A stretch of 36,700 nt of DNA from Octopus bimaculoides (taxonomy: Eukaryota): NCBI RefSeq assembly GCF_001194135.2, contig NC_068986.1, positions 98,907,409 through 98,944,108 on the forward strand. Reading direction: 5' to 3'. Below are positions 11,729-23,479 of this stretch, piece by piece. How positions within the stretch are numbered: position 1 is the first letter of the stretch; every line of letters starts with the position of its first letter. Under the pieces are notes generated by a model. That model had not been told where the DNA came from, ran no database searches, and worked only from the letters and a program-made list of their open reading frames with translations. The position numbers and the translations under genes were made by a program.

Positions 11729-12530
11729 ACGTCGAAGATATCTTAGCTAGGTTCTTGAAAACTATAGGAGGGGTGGCAGGAGGCTGTGCTAATCTAAGAC
11801 AGCTACTCGTTTGGCTTGTGATAGGGCATGTATGTACCAGAGCCCAGATCTAAATAACATCTAAGAAATCTGCTGTGGTGAGATTGGTCTCAATGGTGAT
11901 CTTGAGTCCCATTAAGCCAAGGGCGCTAATTAGGTCCCTTCTAAGTCTATCTAGTGTATGCCCATTGGTTCTTCTAAAGATGGCTAGGGCGTCATCTCTG
12001 TAGAGGCCGAAGAGGACCGAAGGAAACCTCTTCCTTAAGATGTCCGGGATGTACAGTCCGATAAGATCACAGACAATACGCTGTCATATGCTCCTATAGC
12101 CACATCAAAGTAGCCCTGAAGCTCAGATTTCTTGACCAATCTCGAATCTTTGCTGAATAGCATCGTCTTCTTGGCATGCAAGATAACACTAATATCACTA
12201 TCACTAATATTTGTGAAGCCCTTAGCAAAGGAAAATGCCTTCATCAACAACTCTTTTGAAATCGATGGATAAAAATCGACAATGTCGAACTGTGTAAACT
12301 TAGCCCTGCTTCTCCCCGGTTGGCAATAAGCCATGAGGTCTCCTCACTGGTTCTGCGACATAGATGGAGACTCGTGTGCCTTCTTACGTCATCATTAATC
12401 ATCCTCAGTATATACTTACTCGCCTGGCCAATCTCGGACTTAGCCGATTTGAACAGGCGGCATTTGAAATTAGAGGCAAAATTCGACTTGTGGACATTTA
12501 GAGTGATAAAGCGACTGTGTTTATATCTGT
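11729..12530 (-). mobile_element. Penelope-like element (PLE) reverse transcriptase fragment, frameshifted
   Basis: FITLNVHKSNF...CRLFKSAKSEIG, KFTQFDIVDFYPSIS, FDVAIGAYDS, CDLIGLYI, GLYRDDALA (YRDD at 11991-12002), DFLDV, PYHKPN, SCHP. These are PLE RT motifs; no GIY-YIG domain is seen. Confidence 0.88.
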
Positions 12531-14242
12531 AGTGTGTCTTTCATAGCAAATCCCCTAGGATACCACCATTGGTTTCCAGAAAAGGCTAGTGTGCATCAGT
12601 GAGGATAGCGCTCTTATTCGCGAAACTTTTGCAGGCACCTTTGGAAGCTATGGAATGGAATAATAAACAATACCCCTACATTCTCCAGAGTAATAAAGAT
12701 ATTACAGGCGCAATGGTAGCAACTATGCAAAATACACGAGTAAGGAGAGGGCTCGTATAAATTACATTCATAGAGGAAGCGTTGGAAGTAGACACCAGGT
12801 AAGACGCAGGAAGACTCTAGTCAGACATCACTCCACAGCACAGGATATCTCTCAGCAGCTGTTCGAAACCAAAGTCATAGGAGAGAATATTTTAATGCTA
12901 CACCAAGCGCCCAGCCTGTCAGAGTAAATGTAAGAGTGCGTATATTAAACAGTTCCCAGCAAATAACAACACAGTAAAGCAGAGAAGGACCTTGACAGGA
13001 TTCTTGAACCTACATAGAAGGAACAGTCAACAAGAAGATTAGGTGCGTCAACAATTTTCTTCAATATGTTCAAGGGTAGCTTTTTCCCAAAGTTGAGTGA
13101 ATAGGTACTACCGGACTACCTGGAAAACAGCACACAAAAAAAGATATAAAACACCTGACAAACGGAGTTCGGAAGAAACTCTGGAAAAGGGCAGCAATGT
13201 ATCGGAGAATGGCGAACGGGAAGAATTTGATACTAAAGTAGATCCAACAAGAAGAGGAGTCCAAGATGTTGTAAAAAATGCTCTACCAGCATCACCTTGT
13301 TAGATTCATCGGTCCAGTGTAGCTTTGATTTTAGAGACAATGAAAGACGCGCTGTCTCTAAGTACTTTTACACAAATAAATGGCGTATGTTATGAGCACA
13401 TATTGTCTAAAGGGAAGAGATGGTTTCTCATGACGAAAACCAACATCCATCATGTATTCATGTTCGAATCAGCAAGAAACTATTAGGAATGAATCGATAC
13501 GTTATTGTCAGCATTCTCATTTTACTGCGTGCACCTCATGAATTATCTGTTTAGTAAACATTAGCATGCATCAGCGAATAATTTGTATGCTGATTTCCAT
13601 AAGGACAAACATGTGCTGTTGATAGAATTATCGGTCCGAGGTAGTTTTGGTCGAGGAGACAGACAATAAGGTCGAAACACTGTAATATCTCAAAGTCCTA
13701 ATAAATCATGTGTGTTATGAACACACATTTTGCAAATGGAGATGACCAAAAACAACAGTAATCAAATATTCATTCTCAATTTGAGAATGAGTCGATACGT
13801 TGTTATGAAACAATTTAAGTTAAAAAAAAATAAATTAGAATGATTTTTGTAATCAGTGAACCAACATGAGTAAATATTGACTGGTTTCTTCGCTAGCACG
13901 ACGTAAAAGTTGGATTTTGTTGGACGATTTTAGCTGTGGTCAAAAGTCATTTCGAATAGTGGCTACACAACCTGGAGGTACATAACAAATACAAACAAAC
14001 GAAAAGAAACAAAGTTAAATTAAAGAAAACTCAAAGAAAATTTAATGAAAGCAAAATTGCCTTTAGAAAACAAAATACTTTTCGGGATGAATCTAATTCT
14101 AGGCATCTCTTCTTCCTAATTTGATATATTTTCTTTTGCCACTTTTTAATCAGTTTCTTTTTAATATTCTAGTAAAATAGCCTCCAGGAAATGTATTTTC
14201 TACTTAGACATTAATCTACACGACTATAAAATAAAAGTAACT

Positions 14243-14656
14243 NNNNNNNNNNNNNNNNNNNNNNNNNNNNNNNNNNNNNNNNNNNNNNNNNNNNNNNNNN
14301 NNNNNNNNNNNNNNNNNNNNNNNNNNNNNNNNNNNNNNNNNNNNNNNNNNNNNNNNNNNNNNNNNNNNNNNNNNNNNNNNNNNNNNNNNNNNNNNNNNNN
14401 NNNNNNNNNNNNNNNNNNNNNNNNNNNNNNNNNNNNNNNNNNNNNNNNNNNNNNNNNNNNNNNNNNNNNNNNNNNNNNNNNNNNNNNNNNNNNNNNNNNN
14501 NNNNNNNNNNNNNNNNNNNNNNNNNNNNNNNNNNNNNNNNNNNNNNNNNNNNNNNNNNNNNNNNNNNNNNNNNNNNNNNNNNNNNNNNNNNNNNNNNNNN
14601 NNNNNNNNNNNNNNNNNNNNNNNNNNNNNNNNNNNNNNNNNNNNNNNNNNNNNNNN
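14243..14656. other. Assembly gap (N run)
   Basis: Ns. Confidence 1.
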
Positions 14657-15002
14657 AGCAGACTCCACCTTGTCTAAAATTACCCAAAAGACACCATAAG
14701 CCACGAAACATCCCCTATGATGTTTTCATAAATCCTACAATCAAAGGTATTCAATCCGTGAACGTCTTGTCTTTCTAAAGATATTGTATAAATCCCTTTC
14801 ATTTTAGGCGACAACGGTGTAATTTGAAAAAGATTTGGACCTTTTTTTCTTTTTCGAGCAGCTCGACAGTCCTTGCAGAGCAGATATATATACAATCTTT
14901 CTTTCATTCTAGAAAATATCGGCTGTGATTTGGAGAGGAGCAGACTCCACCTTGTCTAAAATTACCCAAGAGACACCATAAGCCACGAAACATCCCTTAT
15001 GA
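14657..15002. repeat. Direct repeat of about 64 bp (14657-14720 and 14939-15002), period 282 bp
   Basis: AGCAGACTCCACCTTGTCTAAA...GCCACGAAACATCCC.TATGA occurs twice with about 3 differences. Confidence 0.9.
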
Positions 15003-16309
15003 GAGAGAGAGAGAGGGAGAGAGAGTGAGCCAGGTAGCGTATAAATGAACAGTGAGGTAAATGCCATAAAGAAAATGAAACAGGAGAATTAGCCATTTAA
15101 ATACAACTAATTATATTTTTCGTCATAATCAATGAATGACATAAGCAAGAGATTCATTTTTGGTTATCGAAAGATACTAATATGTGATCAAAGAACTCAA
15201 TTAAATCGCAGGTTATTTCACCCAGAGCAATTTCTTAATATATCAAAAGAACACAGAGAACCTTTAAAATATAAAAAGTATAAACATTATGTATTGAATG
15301 GCGATAATACAAACAGAAAATTATTTAATTTTAATGCAAATTGCCGATGGATCAATTTGAAATTTGATGCTGTCTGTTGCTTGAAAGCTTCTCAAGATTG
15401 AGTATCGAAATCGTAGATGAAATACCAGGATATTATTCACGACTATCAGTCAATTTTACTCTCAAATGATTCATTTTTGTTTAAAATAATTCTTCATACA
15501 GAATAAGTGTTGCTAAAAAATGATACCATATTTTATTTCTATTCTTTTTTGCATGAATAAATAAGATACTTTCCTATAGGATGAATATATTTATAAAAAC
15601 ATCAACCACACAGATTCGGAATGAAATTTCGATTTCTCTATGTCATTATAGAGCATCTCAATCAATTCTACTTAATACTTTTGTCATGCAGTGTCAATTT
15701 CCGACACCAAGTCAAATAACAAACAGTTTGAACTCATTTGCATTCAAGCAAAAAACACGTGAAATAAAATAAAAAAACGATTTTAATTCTTAAACCATTT
15801 TCACAAAAATGCCTGGATTTTGACTTTTAAAACGTAGCGAAAATCTAGGCAATTTCTGGCGCAATTTATAAAGGTGATATTCCTATGATTGCAACTTTCC
15901 TTTAACTTTCACGATGTTACAATACATTACTAATAAGCTTATTTTTTTTCCTTAGCTTTATGTTGCAAATACAAGTTGCCTAAATGAGATGTTGTAATGT
16001 TTATCAAAACTGAAGGCAATTTCAAAAGCAAATTAGGTGAAACAAACACAGTTTTGCTTTCAGTGTAAAACATTACCCCCTCTTCATGAAAGTCTGCTCG
16101 GTTAGAATTGATCAGGAGTTACGCAACAGAAACAACAATAAATTTCAATCCACGATTACACTAGAGTATTAAACACATATCGAAAAGTTTTCGAAGTTGG
16201 CTGAGACCCAAAATCATCGATTGTCAAAGCGAAACAGCTTCATCGTCGGGTATCATCTACCCTCAACAGGTTAAATACCACAGATCCGCATTCCCTATAT
16301 TTTAAATCT

Positions 16310-16830
16310 GTCCAATTTTCATTTTCTCCATACACGTAAAACATGTTCTTTTCTCGACTTCGATCTTCCACATTCATTTTTACCTTCTATTAACAGTGTC
16401 TGTAGGTGCTTTTTTTTTTATTAAATAGCAAAATATTTTAATTTTCTCTGTTTTATAGGGTCTTTAAAATTTTTGTTATTTTTCCCAGTTTTAGTTTTTC
16501 ATCGTCGGTTTTTTTTTGCTCTTTCCATAATATTCTCAAAAGTCTTCTATATGTCAACATCTCAAAAACTTGTAATCTATTGGATTGTACTTTTGTTAAT
16601 ATCCATATTTTAGCTCTATGTATTAATGCTTCTTGATATTAACATGTTTGACATTTTCTCAAAGACTTTCTAGTTACCTCAATCTTTTTGATTTCTGTTC
16701 CACGTTTCCTGCTTTCTGATTGCATATATGCCAGTTATATTATCATTGATTTCTATTCAAATGGCTTCCTTTCAATTGTAATATTTATTTTGGTTACTGC
16801 TTACTGGCCTATTTCCATTGATTTTGTTTT
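16310..16830 (-). mobile_element. Old RTE-like LINE 3' remnant
   Basis: Minus strand fragments AKIWILTKVQSNRLQVFEMLTYRRLLRILWKE ... IKQRKLKYF ... LQTLLIEGK resemble the RTE C-terminal domain. Confidence 0.7.
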
Positions 16831-18337
16831 CTTTATATTCATTTCCATTCCATAAGACGTACTTTTTATGAGAGTGTATGTGCTCGTGACTGCGCGCGTG
16901 TGTATATACGTTTCAGTTTACAAACGAAGACGGAGAAGTAGTACTCAATATATATCATACAGTTTATTCATTCATTCGAAGATGAGGCTTTCCCCCGTTG
17001 CTACTTTGAATTTCATGTTTCTGTGAAATTTGTAACTTGGAATATTGACTTGTAGTGTAGTATTACAGTTGTTAAGTCGTTGCAAATTGTTAAATAGTAA
17101 TTCATGGACATTAACAGTTACTAAGCTTTGTATTACGTTCGTAATGACCACATTAATATTATTTATTAAACTGAAATATTTGCATTTACTGCAGTTGAAT
17201 AAATAGAACAACATTCAAGAGATATCGAATGGAATTAGTACAAGCGTTGACTACATAATATATTAAATCGCAATACAAAGACAGTTCATAATTATTGAGA
17301 ACTACTTAAGTAGAAAGAATGTGAACTCCTTAAAAGAGCTGAGTGGTTTGACTTTCAGTAGCATCGAGGCCATTCGAGGCAGAACAAGTGATATAAGTGA
17401 GAATACCTATCACTGCATTGTTTGACATAGTTCCGTGGAGTATCACAAATCGTTCTGTAGGGAAACGTAGATGAGTGACCACCTCAAGGTTCAAAGCGAT
17501 TCAAAGCGACAAGGCTTCGTGTGAACTCCTGGATGACTCTGCTAGAAATTCAATTCCTCTGCATTTTATAACCCCATCGAAATTTTTCTGGCATGTTCGA
17601 CCAGACTATGTGGCGGAAAGATTCCAGCTCACGTAGTTACACTTCAGCCGATCCGATTAGCTGAGCTATGTAAGGGTAGGTGTTAAGATGACACCATTAA
17701 TTATCACATAACTGGCTTTGTCTTTTATGGCAGTGTAGTGGTTCGTGATCCTCAACAGGGAAATCTGAGCGCAATGATGCAAAGTTCTACAGAAACCTCA
17801 CTACTAGAGTTACGTTGCAGTGAGTTTGTTATGACACAAACGGACGGAAAATATGTTTACATATAGTAAAAAGATTAACAGCTTGAACAACAAAAGCAAA
17901 TACATTACATAACGTTGTATAAACCATAAGCAAAGCAGAGTTCACAATGTATGCATACTTCAAATTAGTCCAATACATGTATAAATTATTATAACTCAAA
18001 AATATGGTATTATACATAATATATATTTTCACACTTGGCAGACCAATTCGCCTTCTCAATTTTTGTGGTGATTTACATTTAGGAACAATAGGTTTGTATG
18101 CTGAAAGTGTCTGTGTGTGTGTGTGTGCAGGTAATTTTGGTTGTGTATGAAGATGTGCTTGCATCAATGAGAGCATTTTTTTTTTTACTTTAACTCTGTC
18201 CAAATTTATCTGTGAAATAAAATGAGAAGAGCGGAAAAAACTGAGCGTCTATGTTTAGCAGGTACAAAAGGTCGTCCATGACTAGTAGAAATATCACTCT
18301 AAATATACCTTTGTGAAATCTGGGAACAAAACAGAAT

Positions 18338-18442
18338 TCCAGTTGAATAAATAATGCAGTTTACGGTTATAAATATTAAATAGAAATTGATAATACAGTA
18401 AAGAAATACGTAAAGTCTATTTAAGCATCCTAAACTGGAATG
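18338..18442 (+). repeat. Dispersed ~105-bp AT-rich repeat, copy 2
   Basis: TCCAGTTGAATAA...GGTTATAAATATTAAATAGAAATT...AAGTCTATTTAAGCATCCTAAACTG is shared with 1646-1752. Confidence 0.85.
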
Positions 18443-19012
18443 AGAAAAAATAAAAAAAGCGGTATTATCTGCTTTATTGAAAATGATTTTCCCAGAGACT
18501 GAGGAAAAGATATCTGGTGAATCATGTCCGACCTCGGGTTAACAACCACATAAAAAGCCACATTAGATACAATATTCCAAGATACATTGTCACAGCTAAT
18601 GCTAGAATGGTCAGCTCCAATCCGGTAGACCAATGATTTTCAGTGATAGCCATAACATCTATCATTGAAATATGAGATGATATAGATGTGGTTGGAATGC
18701 CTTTTGGTCACATATATATTCTGTCGGGACTGACCTTCTGGACTTATAATTTACCCTTGGAGACCCTATCTCACGTTTTTATTTTCCCTTTTCGCGTAGT
18801 GTATTTAGCATTAGATTATTTAATGTGTCCCTGCTTGAGGATGTTGTTCTTTAACCCCAGTTCAGTAGCAATCCAGTAAAATTCAGATCGAAGTCGTCAC
18901 AGTCCTAAACGTTAAGTAATGCGATTTTCCTTTATTGGGACGCTAAGATACGGTTGACGTAGATTTAGCGTTCTGTTTCTAGCAAGTTGAACCACTTTAT
19001 GGAAGTTGTTTA

Positions 19013-19170
19013 GTAAAGTATTGATTTAAAATCGTCTGAAATAGTATTGATTTGAAATGTCTGTTGATTCTTAAATTATCGTTTCCTCATTTAATCAGTT
19101 TCCGGTTCATTTCAGCTTCCGAAAAAGAGTCTAACAAGATATATTCAAAACAATAGCAAGATTATTTTTA
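19013..19170 (+). repeat. Old dispersed repeat (~155 bp), pairs with 20808-20965
   Basis: Shared blocks TTAAAA.CGTCTGAA, TAAATTAT, TTTCCT..TTTAATCAGTTT.CGG, CGAAAAA and CAATAGC; about 70% identical by eye. Confidence 0.6.
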
Positions 19171-19199
19171 GAAACTTCCATGTGAACATAAGAAATTTA

Positions 19200-19420
19200 G
19201 TCCTTAATCATGTTGTATTGTATACGATCTTATATTGCGACACTTTGGACATGTTTCTTGTAATATGGGTTCAAGTCGAACTAAAACTTGTGATGAACTG
19301 TCTTTCGTTTGGAGTTGCTAACTTCAGTCATCCTTCCTTTAGTCTCATCGCCCGTTGGTGCTTTCAACAGGGAGCCAGTCTGTTACAAATCGTTGTACCA
19401 GGCATCTTATCTGAGAAAAA
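19200..19420 (-). mobile_element. Possible decayed Tc1/mariner N-terminal remnant
   Basis: LVQRFV..GSLLKAP and TVHHKF.FDLNPYYKKHVQSV loosely resemble a transposase HTH/linker; heavily decayed. Confidence 0.3.
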
Positions 19421-20103
19421 TTTATTCTTTCTTTTGTTCTTACATTTTGATAAACATTAGTGAACAAAGTCTATGTGGTCATTGAATTTGATAAATATAG
19501 AAGCGAAATCTGTCATATAATATATCCTACTATCTGAACAAGAGAAGAACGAAATAGATAGTGTAGTTGTAGATATAGTATCTAAACATAAAATACATTA
19601 ATGATAGTTTAATTCCCTTGATTATATGTATATTCAGTCAGAATTAGCCTGAGTGTACGCATGATGAAAAGCAATACGAAGGAAGCACATAGATGATGTA
19701 GTCCTTGATACATTATGTCTGAATAGAAGACAGAATTGTCATGGCTAGAACCTTTTTGGTTATAGATCAGCACTGTCAGGTCTGACCTGAGGTTAAACAA
19801 CTATAGCATCATTTTCACAAATTTACTTAGAGCGGTGTCAAGCATGCTGGAGAAACATTAAACATTTTGTCACTTTTAATAATCTTGATGATATCCGACA
19901 AGGATTTTGACTAAATAAAAGGCTCCCTTTATTCTGGACAAGCTTGGAATTTCTTCATTTTCCTACTGTTGTTTTTTTTTTGTTTATTTTTTTTTTGTAG
20001 TTCTCGTCATTGTTGCTGTTGTTGTTGGTCTTGTTATTGCTGCTGTCGTCACCGCCACTGTCGGTGTTGTTTTGTTCTAGTTCATCCCTGATTCAGTTAA
20101 GCT

Positions 20104-20485
20104 GCGGAGGCGCAATGGCCCAGTGGTTAGGGCAGCGAACTCGCGGTCATAGGATCGCGGTTTCGATTCCCAGACCAGGCGTTGTTTTTATTGAGCGAAA
20201 GCATCTAAAGCTCCACGAGGCTCCGGCAGGGAATGGTGGCGAACCCTGCTGTACTCTTCCACTACAACTTTCTCTCACTCTTACTTCCTGTTTCTGTTGT
20301 ACCTGTATTTCAAAGGGCCAGCCTTGTCACACTGTATCACGCTGAATATCCCCGAGAACTACGTTAAGGGTACACGTGTCTGTGGAGTGCTCAGCCACTT
20401 GCACGTTAATTTCACGAGCAGGCTGTTCCGTTGATCGGATCAACTGGAGCCTTCGACGTCGTAAGCGGCGGAGTGCCAACAACAA
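20104..20485 (+). mobile_element. tRNA-derived SINE family A, full length
   Basis: A and B boxes, 3' stem-loop and (CAA)n tail; 10-bp TSD CAGTTAAGCT at 20094-20103 and 20486-20495. Confidence 0.95.
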
Positions 20486-21159
20486 CAGTTAAGCTATAAT
20501 CAAAGATTTTTATCCATCGTCATCCAGTCTATAATTTGGACGTAGTATGTCTCGGACATTATAAAATGTGTCCTTCCCTTTTTAACACTACAGATCGCGA
20601 CCTGAATGAAAATTCAGTTTCTATTTTTTCACAGATGGAACGACTTCATAACGTCACTTTCATTAATTCAGTTTTAATACTATATTATCAAATGTGTCCA
20701 TTTTCACATTGTTAAGACGGTAGACTACCAGCTGAGTGAGAATTTGGCTTATGAAATCTTTCTTACAAATGTTATTATTGTTGATTCGTGGCCTTGGAAG
20801 CATTTTCATGAAATATTTGCTTAAAAGCGTCTGAAGTGATACTGAATTAAAATATCCGTTGGATCATAAATTATTCATTTCCTTGTTTAATCAGTTTACG
20901 GCTGTCTTCAACGTCGAAAAAATTTGTCGTGGAGAATACTTTCAATAGCCATAACACTACTACTTTTAAAGTAATTACTGTGTGATCAAAAAGTTTATTT
21001 CGCAATAACATAGTCCTGTGTTTAATTTCACTGCACGTCCCCTTGTAATTCAATGTCAAAGGTCTAGCTACTCCTTTAACTTTTTTTATTTTTCTTGAAC
21101 CCTAAGGATCCATAAGACCAGTTACTCCGTTTCCAAGGAGTATATGACTGAGATCGCAA

Positions 21160-21330
21160 CATTCAAGGCCAGCAATTTTGAGAGAGAAAACAAATCGGAT
21201 ACATCGACTCCATTACTTGGCAGCTACACTATTTTATGGACTCTAAAGTGATGAAAGACAAAGTTAATCTCGACGGGATTTGAACTTGAAACGTTAAGAT
21301 CCAGAACAAATGCTTCTAAACATTTTGTTT
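21160..21330 (-). mobile_element. Degenerate SINE family B
   Basis: GATGAAAGACAAAGTTAATCTCGACGGGATTTGAACTTGAAACGT matches the reverse-complemented family B core. Confidence 0.6.
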
Positions 21331-21332
21331 AT

Positions 21333-21548
21333 CATTCACATTACTCTGTCAAATGTAATGCTTATTTATTCACATTGCTTTGAATTTATCATACATTACC
21401 ATGTAGCTTTGAGATTTCACTGATGTGATTGTTTAGCTTTAGAATGATGTTGCAGGATGGGTGTGAAAGACCTGATCCCATCAGTTTGAACATGAAACAG
21501 GTAGAATATTTGAGCCTGATATGGCAGGTTTTAATTCTAAAGGGTTAA
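21333..21548. mobile_element. piggyBac-like non-autonomous element (MITE) with the right end intact
   Basis: Ends in CTAAAGGG+TTAA (21537-21548), i.e. a CCCT terminus plus TTAA target as in piggyBac; the left terminus is eroded. Family recognised from recall. Confidence 0.55.
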
Positions 21549-21616
21549 TTTAGAAAAAACTTAATATATTTTAATAAAACTTTGCGCACGTGTTCTCACT
21601 AAGCCTTCTTCCATGA

Positions 21617-22400
21617 TTATTCTATGAATCTGCTTTCATCTTCGATGATTGTTTCAATGTGGGACTGGATCGCTGACATGTTTGTAGTAAATGGTCCTTA
21701 TTCATTTAGGACATCACTTTCAGTGAAGCTACTATTGTGAGGATGCCGATTATTATTTCTTTCAACAATGCTCTAAATGTAGTACACCATGAGTTTTAAA
21801 TTTAATGAGTTTCGAGGCCACAAGCTGGACGTTATATGATCGTAAAGGTTGTCTAATATACATTCTTGAGTTATGTGAACTTTGTGAAAAAGTGCTGAGT
21901 CTTGCTGAAACACGTATGGCCTTCTGCTGTGTACCTCATTCATCTATCTCCATCACCTCAAAGCCATTACAATAGCTGGAAATTTAGTAGGCATACTTTT
22001 AGGGAGATGAGAAGGATCTCATTTGTTACTTCTATTGAACTTTTGGTTTTGGTCAAAGTTTTTCTCATCAGGGAAGAACTAGAGCATGCCATGTTCATGA
22101 GGGTCTTTAATCTTGTTAAGTAACATGGCACAGGTCTTTTTTTTTTCCTGTGTCTTTGCAGACATGAATTGCCTTCCCCTCAATAGCTACCACTTGTGAA
22201 TTCTTTTGTGCATCACATTTCTGATAGCTTGCTCTTACATCTGAAGTCATTTTGGCAATGACGCCCATTGATCTTTTTTTTTTTCGGGATCTCATCGATG
22301 TTTGGAACCCATTGGATGAATTGCAGTCTCCCTGTAGCAACAGAACATTTAGAATATGTTTTTCTTTGTTGCCGTTGAAACATTTCCGCCAGAAGCTTCC
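21617..22400 (-). pseudogene. Tc1/mariner DD37D (maT-like) transposase pseudogene
   Basis: RGRQFMSAKTQE, LLNKIKDP..HGML*FFPDEKNFDQNQK, TKFPAIVM, RPYVFQQDSA.FH, WPRNSLNLKLMVYY, ending ..RFIE*. There are 37 residues between the second D and the mutated third catalytic position, plus many stops and an internal deletion. Confidence 0.88.
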
Positions 22401-22965
22401 AGTTCCATTCGAATATGTAAAATTTAGAAAGTTAACAATTTCTAAATCGCTGTATTCCTTGCATGGAACAACAATGATTTCGTACTTTTTCATTTCTAGT
22501 GTTAACATTTTATCTCCCATAGAGGATCCGAAAAAAAAAACAATTGAAAACTTCTTAATTGATTTGGGGAAAGTAATATACTGATAATTAATCATACTCA
22601 GATATCCCTCGTACCCTCCTCCTGTGTCCGCGCACGCGCATGTTAGTGTGTGTGTGTGTGTGTGTGTGTGTACTGTGCGGTCATTACTAACTTGTGATTA
22701 ATAAACAACGAGGGATAACATATTAGATTATAGTACTTGATGAATTATGTCTAAACGAAAACAATGTGATTGTGACAGCTTCAACACATTCGATCATAGT
22801 TCTGCGCGATCAGAGCTGACCTAGACCAACAACAACCATAGTCACTCATACCATCTTGTATTATGATACTATCCTCTGCTTGATCGTCTAACCTCCCAGA
22901 AATAGCAGTCAAACGCTCTCAAATCACATCCTACTACCGTAAAAATGAAAGGACACAGATAATGT

Positions 22966-23347
22966 GCAGGCGCAATGGCCCAGTGGTTAGGGCAGCGGGC
23001 TCGCGGTCATGGAATCGCAGTTTCGATTCCCAGACCAGGCATTGTAAGTGTTTACTGAGCGAAAACACTTCAAGCTCCACGAGGCTCCGGCAGGCGGTGG
23101 TGGCGAATCCTGCTGTACTCTTTCACCACAACTTTCTCTTACTCTTTCTTTCTGTTTCTGATGTACCTGTAATTCAAAGAGCCAGCCTTGTCACACTCTG
23201 TATCACGCCGAATCTCCCCGAGAACTACGTTAAGGGTACACGTGTCTGTAGAGTACTCAGCCACTTGCACGTTAATTTCAGGCACAAGCTCTTCCGTCGA
23301 TTGGATCAACTGGAACCTTCGTCGTCGTAACCGACGGAGTGCTGTAG
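22966..23347 (+). mobile_element. SINE family A, inserted in an older repeat
   Basis: Aligns along its full length with 20104-20485; probable TSD TAATGT at 22960-22965 and 23348-23353. Confidence 0.9.
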
Positions 23348-23479
23348 TAATGTCTGAATACCATACGAAAACTTAGTCGCGCATGGAATGATTTTTATCA
23401 TATCCCAAGAAGCAAAATCCAAATCTAGCATATATAAAGGAGATTGCATTCAATAATGTGATATTAGCAGCCCCTATAA

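Noticed and set aside
14211-14711. Long ORFs spanning N runs (also 26716-27145)
   Set aside because: Artefacts of assembly gaps.
18037-18086. Possible 50-bp + strand exon (CAG...AG|GTTTGT; PIRLLNFCGDLHLGTI)
   Set aside because: Splice signals are at chance level, and there is no recognisable protein or partner exon.
20108-20180. tRNA-like sequences with A and B boxes (also 2705, 22968, 24983, 35345)
   Set aside because: They continue into shared SINE bodies with tails and TSDs, so they are SINE heads rather than tRNA genes.
22116-22595. 159-aa ORF as a host gene
   Set aside because: It overlaps the frameshifted N-terminal part of the DD37D transposase remnant and is mostly out of frame.
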